This document shows, in pieces, positions 18,001 through 33,000 of a stretch of 64,000 nt of DNA (the stretch's first letter is position 1; the number at the start of each line of letters is the position of its first letter). Source of the stretch: Eledone cirrhosa (Eukaryota); assembly GCA_964016885.1 (NCBI GenBank), contig OZ024742.1, forward strand, positions 4,216,001-4,280,000. The letters are read 5' to 3'. Both the position numbers and the translations under genes were made by a program. The notes below the pieces were generated by a model that was not told the DNA's origin, ran no database searches, and saw only the letters and a list, made by a program, of their open reading frames with translations.

Positions 18001-21000
18001 CCCATAACATAGACTGACAGAACACTGGTCAAACCAGAAACTACATCATACCCATAACATGGACTGACAGAACACTGGTCAAACCAGAAACTAGGCCATA
18101 CCCATAACATGGACCTGACATAACACTGGTCAAACCAGAAACTAGGCCATACCCATAACATAGACTTACAGAACACTGGTCAAACAAAAAACTACATCAT
18201 ACCCCTAACATGGACTGAAATAACACTGGTCAAACCAGAAACTACGTTATACCCATAACATGGACTGACAGAACACTGGTCAAACCAGAAACTACATCAT
18301 ACCCATAACATGGACTGAAATAACACTGGTCAAACCAGAAACTACGTTATACCCATAACATGGACTGACAAAACACTGGTCAAACCAGAAACTAGGCCAT
18401 ACACATAACATGGACTGACAGAACACTGGTCAAACCAGAAACTAGGCCATACCTATAACATAGACTGACAGAACACTGGTCAAACCAGAAACTAGGCCAT
18501 ACACGTAACATAGACTGTCAGAACACTGGTCAAACCAGAAACTTCATCATACCCATAACATGGACTGGCAGAACACTGGTCAAACCAGAAACTACGCCAT
18601 ACCCATAACATAGACTGTCAGAACACTGGTCAAACTAGAAACTACATCATACCCATAACACGGACTGTCAGAACACTGGTCAAACCAGAAACTACCTGAT
18701 ACCCATAACATGGACTGACGTAACACTGGTCAAACCAGAAACTACGCCATACCCATAACATAGACTGTCAGAACACTGGTCAAACCAGAAACTACATCAT
18801 ACCCATAACATGGACTGACATAACACTGGTCAAACAAGAAATTACATCATACCCATAACATGAACTGACAGAACACTGGTCAAACCAGAAACTACATCAT
18901 ACCCATAACATACACTGACAGAACACTGGTCAAACAAGAAACTACATCATACCCATAACATGGACTGACAAAACACTGGTCAAACCAGAAACTACATCAT
19001 TCCCATAACATGGTCTGACATAACACTGGTCAAACAAGAAATTACATCATACCCATAACATGAACTGACATAACACTGGTAAAACCAGAAACTACATCAT
19101 ACCCATAACATGGACTGACAGAACACTGGTCAAACCAGAAACTACATCATACCCATAACATAGACTGTCAGAACACTGGTCAAACAAGAAATTACATCAT
19201 ACCCATAACATGGACTGACATAACACTGGTCAAACCAGAAACTACATCATACCCATAACATGGACTGAAATAACACTGGTCAAACCAGAAACTAGGACAT
19301 ACCCATAACATAGACTGACAGAACACTGGTCAAACCAGAAACTAGTCCATACCCATAACATGGACCTGACAGAACACTGGTCAAACCAGAAACTAGGCCA
19401 TACCCATAACATAGACTGACAGAACACTGGTCAAACAAGAAACTACATCACACCCATAACATGGACTGACATAACGCTGGTCAAACCAGAAACTAGGTCA
19501 TACCCATAACATAGACTGACAGAACACTGGTCAAACCAGAAACTACATCATACCCATAACATGGACTGACAGAACACTGGTCAAACCAGAAACTACATCA
19601 TACCTATAACATGGACTGACAGACCACTGGTCAAACCAGAAACTACATCATACCCATAACATAGACTGACAGAACACTGGTCAAACCAGAAACTACATCA
19701 TACCCATAACATGGACTGACAGAACACTGGTCAAACCAGAAACTACATCATACCCATAACATGGACTGACATAATACTGGTCAAACAAGAAATTACATCA
19801 TACCCATAACATGGACTGACAGAACACTGGTCAAACAAGAAACTACATCATACCCATAACATGGACTGACAAAACACTGGTCAAGCCAAGAAGTACATCA
19901 TACCCATAACATGGACTGACCTAACACTGGTCGAACATGAAATTACATCATACCCATAACATGGACTGACAGAACACTAGTCAAACAAGAAATTACATCA
20001 TACCTATAACATAGACTGACAAAACACTGGTCAAACCAAAAAGTACATCATACCCATAACATGGACTGACATAACACTGGTCAAACAAGAAATTACATCA
20101 TACCCATAACATGGACTGACATAACACTGGTCAAACAAGAAACTACATCATACCCATAACATGGACTGGCAGAACACTGGTCAAACCAGAAACTACGCCA
20201 TACCCATAACATAGACTGTCAGAACACTGGTCAAACTAGAAACTACATCATACCCATAACATGGACTGTCAGAACACTGGTCAAACCAGAAACTACCTGA
20301 TACCCATAACATGGAGTGACATAACACTGGTCAAACCAGAAACTACGCCATACCCATAACATAGACTGTCAGAACATTGTTTAAACCAGAAACTACATCA
20401 TACCCATAACATGGACTGACATAACACTGGTCAAACAAGAAATTACATCATACCCATAACATGGACTGACATAACACTGGTCAAACAAGAAACTACATCA
20501 TACCCATAACATGGACTGACAGAACACTGGTCAAACCAGAAACTACATCATACCCCTAACATGGACTGACAGAACACTGGTCAAACAAGAAATTACATCA
20601 TACCCCTAACATGGACTGACAGAACACTAGTCAAACCAGAAACTACATCATACCCATAATATAGACTGACAGAACACTGGTCAAACCAGAAACTAGTCCA
20701 TACCCATAACATGGACCTGACAGAACACTGGTCAAACCAGAAACTAGGCCATACCCATAACATAGACTGACAGAACACTGGTCAAACAAGAAACTACATC
20801 ATACCCATAACATGGACTGACATAACACTGGTCAAACCAGAAACTAGGTCATACCCATAACATAGACTGACAGAACACTGGTCAAACCAGAAACTACATC
20901 ATACCCCTAACATGGACTGACAGAACACTGGTCAAACCAGAAACTATGCCATACCCATAAAATAGACTGACAAAACACTGGTCAAACCAGAAACTAGGCC

Positions 21001-24000
21001 ATACACATAACATGGACTGACAGAACACTGGTCAAACCAGAAACTAGGCCATACCTATAACATAGACTGACAGAACACTGGTCATACCAGAAACTAGGCC
21101 ATACACGTAACATAGACTGTCAGAACACTGGTCAAACCAGAAACTTCATCATACCCATAACATGGACTGGCAGAACACTGGTCAAACCAGAAACTACGCC
21201 ATACCCATAACATAGACTGTCAGAACACTGGTCAAACTAGAAACTACATCATACCCATAACACGGACTGTCAGAACACTGGTCAAACCAGAAACTACCTG
21301 ATACCCATAACATGGACTGACATAACACTGGTCAAACCAGAAACTACGCCATACCCATAACATAGACTGTCAGAACACTGGTCAAACCAGAAACTACATC
21401 ATACCCATAACATGGACTGACATAACACTGGTCAAACAAGAAATTACATCATACCCATAACATGAACTGACAGAACACTGGTCAAACCAGAAACTACATC
21501 ATACCCATAACATACACTGACAGAACACTGGTCAAACAAGAAACTACATCATACCCATAACATGGACTGACAAAACACTGGTCAAACCAGAAACTACATC
21601 ATTCCCATAACATGGTCTGACATAACACTGGTCAAACAAGAAATTACATCATACCCATAACATGAACTGACATAACACTGGTAAAACCAGAAACTACATC
21701 ATACCCATAACATGGACTGACAGAACACTGGTCAAACCAGAAACTACATCATACCCATAACAAAGACTGTCAGAACACTGGTCAAACAAGAAATTACATC
21801 ATACCCATAACATGGACTGACATAACACTGGTCAAACCAGAAACTACATCATACCCATAACATGGACTGACATAACACTGGTCAAACCAGAAACTAGGTC
21901 ATACCCATAACATAGACTGACAGAACACTGGTCAAACCAGAAACTACATCATACCCATAACATGGACTGACAGAACACTGGTCAAACCAGAAACTACATC
22001 ATACCTATAACATGGACTGACAGACCACTGGTCAAACCAGAAACTACATCATACCCATAACATAGACTGACAGAACACTGGTCAAACCAGAAACTACATC
22101 ATACCCATAACATGGACTGACAGAACACTGGTCAAACCAGAAACTACATCATACCCATAACATGGACTGACATAATACTGGTCAAACAAGAAATTACATC
22201 ATACCCATAACATGGACTGACAGAACACTGGTCAAACAAGAAACTACATCATACCCATAACATGGACTGACAAAACACTGGTCAAGCCAAAAAGTACATC
22301 ATACCCATAACATGGACTGACCTAACACTGGTCGAACAAGAAATTACATCATACCCATAACATGGACTGACAGAACACTGGTCAAACAAGAAATTACATC
22401 ATACCTATAACATAGACTGACAAAACACTGGTCAAACCAAAAAGTACATCATACCCATAACATGGACTGACATAACACTGGTCAAACAAGAAATTACATC
22501 ATACCCATAACATGGACTGACATAACACTGGTCAAACAAGAAACTACATCATACCCATAACATGGACTGGCAGAACACTGGTCAAACCAGAAACTACGCC
22601 ATACCCATAACATAGACTGTCAGAACACTGGTCAAACTAGAAACTACATCATACCCATAACATGGACTGTCAGAACACTGGTCAAACCAGAAACTACCTG
22701 ATACCCATAACATGGAGTGACATAACACTGGTCAAACCAGAAACTACGCCATACCCATAACATAGACTGTCAGAACACTGTTTAAACCAGAAACTACATC
22801 ATACCCATAACATGGACTGACATAACACTGGTCAAACAAGAAATTACATCATACCCATAACATGGACTGACATAACACTGGTCAAACAAGAAACTACATC
22901 ATACCCATAACATGGACTGACAGAACACTGGTCAAACCAGAAACTACATCATACCCCTAACATGGACTGACAGAACACTGGTCAAACAAGAAATTACATC
23001 ATACCCCTAACATGGACTGACAGAACACTAGTCAAACCAGAAACTACATCATACCCATAATATAGACTGACAGAACACTGGTCAAACCAGAAACTAGTCC
23101 ATACCCATAACATGGACCTGACAGAACACTGGTCAAACCAGAAACTAGGCCATACCCATAACATAGACTGACAGAACACTGGTCAAACAAGAAACTACAT
23201 CATACCCATAGCATGGACTGACATAACACTGGTCAAACCAGAAACTAGGTCATACCCATAACATAGACTGACAGAACACTGGTCAAACCAGAAACTACAT
23301 CATACCCATAACATGGACTGACAGAACACTGGTCAAACCAGAAACTACATCATACCTATAACATGGACTGACAGAACACTGGTCAAACCAGAAACTACAT
23401 CATACCCATAACATAGACTGACAGAACACTGGTCAAACCAGAAACTACATCATACCCATAACATGGACTGACAGAACACTGGTCAAACCAGAAACTAGGC
23501 CATACCCATAACATGGACCTGACATAACACTGGTCAAACCAGAAACTAGGCCATACCCATAACATAGACTTACAGAACACTGGTCAAACAAGAAACTACA
23601 TCATACCCCTAACATGGACTGAAATAACACTGGTCAAACCAGAAACTACGTTATACCCATAACATGGACTGACAGAACACTGGTCAAACCAGAAACTACA
23701 TCATACCCATAACAGGGACTGAAATAACACTGGTCAAACCAGAAACTACGTTATACCCATAACATGGACTGACAAAACACTGGTCAAACCAGAAACTAGG
23801 CAATACACATAACATGGACTGACAGAACACTGGTCAAACCAGAAACTAGGCCATACCTATAACATAGACTGACAGAACACTGGTCAAACCAGAAACTAGG
23901 CCATACACGTAACATAGACTGTCAGAACACTGGTCAAACCAGAAACTTCATCATACCCATAACATGGACTGGCAGAACACTGGTCAAACCAGAAACTACG

Positions 24001-27000
24001 CCATACCCATAACATAGACTGTCAGAACACTGGTCAAACTAGAAACTACATCATACCCATAACACGGACTGTCAGAACACTGGTCAAACCAGAAACTACC
24101 TGATACCCATAACATGGACTGACGTAACACTGGTCAAACCAGAAACTACGCCATACCCATAACATAGACTGTCAGAACACTGGTCAAACCAGAAACTACA
24201 TCATACCCATAACATGGACTGACATAACACTGGTCAAACAAGAAATTACATCATACCCATAACATGAACTGACAGAACACTGGTCAAACCAGAAACTACA
24301 TCATACCCATAACATACACTGACAGAACACTGGTCAAACAAGAAACTACATCATACCCATAACATGGACTGACAAAACACTGGTCAAACCAGAAACTACA
24401 TCATTCCCATAACATGGTCTGACATAACACTGGTCAAACAAGAAATTACATCATACCCATAACATGAACTGACATAACACTGGTAAAACCAGAAACTACA
24501 TCATACCCATAACATGGACTGACAGAACACTGGTCAAACCAGAAACTACATCATACCCATAACATAGACTGTCAGAACACTGGTCAAACAAGAAATTACA
24601 TCATACCCATAACATGGACTGACATAACACTGGTCAAACCAGAAACTACATCATACCCATAACATGGACTGAAATAACACTGGTCAAACCAGAAACTAGG
24701 CCATACCCATAACATAGACTGACAGAACACTGGTCAAACAAGAAACTACATCACACCCATAACATGGACTGACATAACACTGGTCAAACCAGAAACTAGG
24801 TCATACCCATAACATAGACTGACAGAACACTGGTCAAACCAGAAACTACATCATACCCATAACATGGACTGACAGAACACTGGTCAAACCAGAAACTACA
24901 TCATACCTATAACATGGACTGACAGACCACTGGTCAAACCAGAAACTACATCATACCCATAACATAGACTGACAGAACACTGGTCAAACCAGAAACTACA
25001 TCATACCCATAACATGGACTGACAGAACACTGGTCAAACCAGAAACTACATCATACCCATAACATGGACTGACATAATACTGGTCAAACAAGAAATTACA
25101 TCATACCCATAACATGGACTGACAGAACACTGGTCAAACAAGAAACTACATCATACCCATAACATGGACTGACAAAACACTGGTCAAGCCAAGAAGTACA
25201 TCATACCCATAACATGGACTGACCTAACACTGGTCGAACAAGAAATTACATCATACCCATAACATGGACTGACAGAACACTAGTCAAACAAGAAATTACA
25301 TCATACCTATAACATAGACTGACAAAACACTGGTCAAACCAAAAAGTACATCATACCCATAACATGGACTGACATAACACTGGTCAAACAAGAAATTACA
25401 TCATACCCATAACATGGACTGACATAACACTGGTCAAACAAGAAACTACATCATACCCATAACATGGACTGGCAGAACACTGGTCAAACCAGAAACTACG
25501 CCATACCCATAACATAGACTGACAGAACACTGGTCAAACTAGAAACTACATCATACTCATAACATGGACTGTCAGAACACTGGTCAAACCAGAAACTACC
25601 TGATACCCATAACATGGAGTGACATAACACTGGTCAAACCAGAAACTACGCCATACCCATAACATAGACTGTCAGAACATTGTTTAAACCAGAAACTACA
25701 TCATACCCATAACATGGACTGACATAACACTGGTCAAACAAGAAATTACATCATACCCATAACATGGACTGACATAACACTGGTCAAACAAGAAACTACA
25801 TCATACCCATAACATGGACTGACAGAACACTGGTCAAACCAGAAACTACATCATACCCCTAACATGGACTGACAGAACACTGGTCAAACAAGAAATTACA
25901 TCATACCCCTAACATGGACTGACAGAACACTAGTCAAACCAGAAACTACATCATACCCATAATATAGACTGACAGAACACTGGTCAAACCAGAAACTAGT
26001 CCATACCCATAACATGGACCTGACAGAACACTGGTCAAACCAGAAACTAGGCCATACCCATAACATAGACTGACAGAACACTGGTCAAACAAGAAACTAC
26101 ATCATACCCATAACATGGACTGACATAACACTGGTCAAACCAGAAACTAGGTCATACCCATAACATAGACTGACAGAACACTGGTCAAACCAGAAACTAC
26201 ATCATACCCATAACATGGACTGACAGAACACTGGTCAAACCAGAAACTACATCATACCTATAACATGGACTGACAGAACACTGGTTAAACCAGAAACTAC
26301 ATCATACCCATAACATGGACTGACAGAACACTGGTCAAACCAGAAACTAGGCCATACCCATAACATGGACCTGACATAACACTGGTCAAACCAGAAACTA
26401 GGCCATACCCATAACATAGACTTACAGAACACTGGTCAAACAAGAAACTACATCATACCCCTAACATGGACTGAAATAACACTGGTCAAACCAGAAACTA
26501 CGTTATACCCATAACATGGACTGACAGAACACTGGTCAAACCAGAAACTACATCATACCCATAACATGGACTGACATAACACTGGTCAAACAAGAAACTA
26601 GGCCATACCCATAACATGGACTGACATAACACTAGTCAAACCAGAAACTAGCACATACCCATAACATGGACTGACATAACACTGGTCAAACTAGAAACTA
26701 CATCATACCCATAACATGGACTGACAGAACACTGGTCAAACCAGAAAATACATCATACCCATAACATGGACTGACAGAACACTAGTCAAACCAGAAACTA
26801 CATCATACCCATAACATGGACTGACAGAACACTGGTCAAACAAGAAATTACATCATACCCATAACATGAACTGACATAACACTGGTAAAACCAGAAACTA
26901 CATCATACCCATAACATGGACTGACAGAACACTGGTCAAACCAGAAACTACATCATACCCATAACATAGACTGTCAGAACACTGGTCAAACAAGAAATTA

Positions 27001-30000
27001 CATCATACCCATAACATGGACTGACATAACACTGGTCAAACCAGAAACTACATCATACCCATAACATGGACTGAAATAACACTGGTCAAACCAGAAACTA
27101 GGACATACCCATAACATAGACTGACAGAACACTGGTCAAACCAGAAACTAGTCCATACCCATAACATGGACCTGACAGAAAACTGGTCAAACCAGAAACT
27201 AGGCCATACCCATAACATAGACTGACAGAACACTGGTCAAACAAGAAACTACATCATACCCATAACATGGACTGACATAACACTGGTCAAACCAGAAACT
27301 AGGTCATACCCATAACATAGACTGACAGAACACTGGTCAAACCAGAAACTACATCATACCCATAACATGGACTGACAGAACACTGGTCAAACCAGAAACT
27401 ACATCATACCTATAACATGGACTGACAGAACACTGGTCAAACAAGAAATTACATCATACCCATAACATGGACTGACATAACACTGGTCAAACCAGAAACT
27501 ACATCATACCCCTAACATGGACTGACAGAACACTGGTCAAACAAGAAATTACATCATACCCATAACATGGACTGACAGAACACTGGTCAAACAAGAAATT
27601 ACATCATACCCATAACATGGACTGACAGAACACTGGTCAAACCAGAAACTACATCATACCCATAACATGGACTGACAGAACACTGGTCAAACAAGAAATT
27701 ACATCATACCCATAACATGGACTGACAGAACACTAGTCAAACCAGAAACTACATCATACCCATAACATAGACTGACAGAACACTGGTCAAAACAGAAACT
27801 AAATCATACCCATAACATGGACTGACATAACACTGGTCAAACAAGAAATTACATCATACCCATAACATAGACTGACAGAACACTGGTCAAACAAGAAACT
27901 ACATCATACCCATAACATGGACTGACAAAACACTGGTCAAACCAGAAGCTACATCATACCCATAACATGGTCTGACATAACACTGGTCAAACAAGAAATT
28001 ACATCATACACATAACATGGACTGACATAGCACTGGTCCAACCAGAAACTACATCATACCCATAACATAGACTGACATAACACTGATCAAACCAGAAACT
28101 ACATCATACCCATAACATAGACTGTCAGAACACTGGTCAAGCAAGAAATTACATCATACTCATAACATGGACTGACAGAACACTGGTCAAACAAGAAACT
28201 ACATCATACCCATAACATGGACTTATATAACACTGGTCAAACCAGAAACTACATCATACCCATAACATAGACTGTCAGAACACTGGTCAAACCAGAAACT
28301 ACATCATACCCATAACATAGACTGACAGAACACTGGTCAAACCAGAAACTACATGATACCCATAACATGGAGTGACATAACACTGGTCAAACCAGAAAAT
28401 ACGCCATACCCATAACATAGACTGTCAGAACACTGGTCAAACCAGAAACTACATCATACCCATAACATAGACTGACAGAACACTGGTCAAACCAGAAACT
28501 AGGCCAGACACATAACACGGACTGACAGAACATTGGTCAAACCAGAAACTAGGCCATACCTATAACATAGCCTGACAAAACACTGGTCAAACCAGAAACT
28601 ATGCCATACCCATAACATGGACTGACAGAACACTGGTCACATCAGAAACTACATCATACCCATAACATGGACTGACAGAACACTGGTCAAACAAGAAATT
28701 ACATCATACCCATAACATGGAGTGACATAACACTGGTCAAACCAGAAACTACGCCATACCCATAACATAGACTGTCAGAACACTGGTCAAACCAGAAACT
28801 ACGTCATACCCATAACATGGACTGACATAACACTGGTCAAACCAGAAACTACATCATACCCATAACATGGACTGACATAACCCTGGTCAAACCAGAAACT
28901 ACATCATACCCATAACATGGACTGACAGAACACTGGTCAAAGCAGAAACTACATCATACCCATAACATGGACTGACAGAACACTGGCCAAACCAGAAACT
29001 ACATCATACCCATAACATAAACTGACATAACGCTGGTCAAACCAGAAACTAGGCCATGCCGATAACATGGACTGACAGAACACTGGTCAAACCAGAAACT
29101 ACATCATACCCATAATATGTATTGACAGAACACTGGTCAAACCAGAAACTACATCATACCCATCACATGGACGGACATAACACTGGTCAAACCAGAAAAT
29201 ACATCATACCCATTACATGGACTGACATAACACTGGTCAAACCAGAAACTGCGTCATACCCATAACATGGACTGACAGAACAATGGTCAAACCAGAAACT
29301 ACATCATACCCATAACATGGACTGACAGAACACTGGTCAAACCAGAAACTATGCCATACCCATAAAATAGACTGACAAAACACTGGTCAAACCAGAAACT
29401 AGGCCATACACATAACATGGACTGACAGAACACTGGTCAAACCAGAAACTAGGCCATACCTATAACATAGACTGACAGAACACTGGTCAAACCAGAAACT
29501 AGGCCATACACGTAACATAGACTGTCAGAACACTGGTCAAACCAGAAACTTCATCATACCCATAACATGGACTGGCAGAACACTGGTCAAACCAGAAACT
29601 ACGCCATACCCATAACATAGACTGTCAGAACACTGGTCAAACTAGAAACTACATCATACCCATAACACGGACTGTCAGAACACTGGTCAAACCAGAAACT
29701 ACCTGATACCCATAACATGGACTGACATAACACTGGTCAAACCAGAAACTACGCCATACCCATAACATAGACTGTCAGAACACTGGTCAAACCAGAAACT
29801 ACATCATACCCATAACATGGACTGACATAACACTGGTCAAACAAGAAATTACATCATACCCATAACATGAACTGACAGAACACTGGTCAAACCAGAAACT
29901 ACATCATACCCATAACATACACTGACAGAACACTGGTCAAACAAGAAACTACATCATACCCATAACATGGACTGACAAAACACTTGTCAAACCAGAAACT

Positions 30001-33000
30001 ACATCATTCCCATAACATGGTCTGACATAACACTGGTCAAACAAGAAATTACATCATACCCATAACATGAACTGACATAACACTGGTAAAACCAGAAACT
30101 ACATCATACCCATAACATGGACTGACAGAACACTTGTCAAACCAGAAACTACATCATACCCATAACATAGACTGTCAGAACACTGGTCAAACAAGAAATT
30201 ACATCATACCCATAACATGGACTTACATATCACTGGTCAAACCAGAAACTAGGTCATACCCATAACATAGACTGACAGAACACTGGTCAAACCAGAAACT
30301 ACATCATACCCATAACATGGACTGACAGAACACTGGTCAAACCAGAAACTACATCATACCTATAACATGGACTGACAGACCACTGGTCAAACCAGAAACT
30401 ACATCATACCCATAACATAGACTGACAGAACACTGGTCAAACCAGAAACTACATCATACCCATAACATGCACTGACAGAACGCTGGTCAAACCAGAAACT
30501 ACATCATACCCATAACATGGACTGACATAATACTGGTCAAACAAGAAATTACATCATACCCATAACATGGACTGACAGAACACTGGTCAAACAAGAAACT
30601 ACATCATACCCATAACATGGACTGACAAAACACTGGTCAATCCAAAAAGTACATCATACCCATAACATGGACTGACATAACACTGGTCGAACAAGAAATT
30701 ACATCATACCCATAACATGGACTGACAGAACACTGGTCAAACAAGAAATTACATCATACCTATAACATAGACTGACAAAACACTGGTCAAACCAAAAAGT
30801 ACATCATACCCATAACATGGACTGACATAACACTGGTCAAACAAGAAATTACATCATACCCATAACATGGACTGACATAACACTGGTCAAACAAGAAACT
30901 ACATCATACCCATAACATGGACTGGCAGAACACTGGTCAAACCAGAAACTACGCCATACCCATAACATAGACTGTCAGAACACTGGTCAAACTAGAAACT
31001 ACATCATACCCATAACATGGACTGTCAGAACACTGGTCAAACCAGAAACTACCTGATACCCATAACATGGAGTGACATAACACTGGTCAAAACAGAAACT
31101 ACGCCATACCCATAACATAGACTGTCAGAACACTGTTTAAACCAGAAACTACATCATACCCATAACATGGACTGACATAACACTGGTCAAACAAGAAATT
31201 ACATCATACCCATAACATGGACTGACATAACACTGGTCAAACAAGAAACTACATCATACCCATAACATGGACTGACAGAACACTGGTCAAACCAGAAACT
31301 ACATCATACCCCTAACATGGACTGACAGAACACTGGTCAAACAAGAAATTACATCATACCCCTAACATGGACTGACAGAACACTAGTCAAACCAGAAACT
31401 ACATCATACCCATAATATAGACTGACAGAACACTGGTCAAACCAGAAACTAGTCCATACCCATAACATGGACCTGACAGAACACTGGTCAAACCAGAAAC
31501 TAGGCCATACCCATAACATAGACTGACAGAACACTGGTCAAACAAGAAACTACATCATACCCATAACATGGACTGACATAACACTGGTCAAACCAGAAAC
31601 TAGGTCATACCCATAACATAGACTGACAGAACACTGGTCAAACCAGAAACTACATCATACCCATAACATGGACTGACAGAACACTGGTCAAACCAGAAAC
31701 TACATCATACCTATAACATGGACTGACAGAACACTGGTCAAACCAGAAACTACATCATACCCATAACATAGACTGACAGAACACTGGTCAAACCAGAAAC
31801 TACATCATACCCATAACATGGACTGACAGAACACTGGTCAAACCAGAAACTAGGCCATCCCCATAACATGGACCTGACATAACACTGGTCAAACCAGAAA
31901 CTAGGCCATACCCATAACATAGACTTACAGAACACTGGTCAAACAAGAAACTACATCATACCCCTAACATGGACTGAAATAACACTGGTCAAACCAGAAA
32001 CTACGTTATACCCATAACATGGACTGACAGAACACTGGTCAAACCAGAAACTACCTCATACCCATAACATGGACTGACATAACACTGGTCAAACAAGAAA
32101 CTAGGCCATACCCATAACATGGACTGACATAACACTAGTCAAACCAGAAACTAGCACATACCCATAACATGGACTGACATAACACTGGTCAAACTAGAAA
32201 CTACATCATACCCATAACATGGACTGACAGAACACTGGTCAAACAAGAAAATACATCATACCCATAACATGGACTGACAGAACACTAGTCAAACCAGAAA
32301 CTACATCATACCCATAACATGGACTGACAGAACACTGGTCAAACAAGAAATTACATCATACCCATAACATGAACTGACATAACACTGGTAAAACCAGAAA
32401 CTACATCATACCCATAACATGGACTGACAGAACACTGGTCAAACCAGAAACTACATCATACCCATAACATAGACTGTCAGAACACTGGTCAAACAAGAAA
32501 TTACATCATACCCATAACATGGACTGACATAACACTGGTCAAACCAGAAACTACATCATACCCATAACATGGACTGAAATAACACTGGTCAAACCAGAAA
32601 CTAGGACATACCCATAACATAGACTGACAGAACACTGGTCAAACCAGAAACTAGTCCATACCCATAACATGGACCTGACAGAACACTGGTCAAACCAGAA
32701 ACTAGGCCATACCCATAACATAGACTGACAGAACACTGGTCAAACAAGAAACTACATCATACCCATAACATGGACTGACATAACACTGGTCAAACCAGAA
32801 ACTAGGTCATACCCATAACATAGACTGACAGAACACTGGTCAAACCAGAAACTACATCATACCCATAACATGGACTGACAGAACACTGGTCAAACCAGAA
32901 ACTACATCATACCTATAACATGGACTGACAGAACACTGGTCAAACAAGAAATTACATCATACCCATAACATGGACTGACATAACACTGGTCAAACCAGAA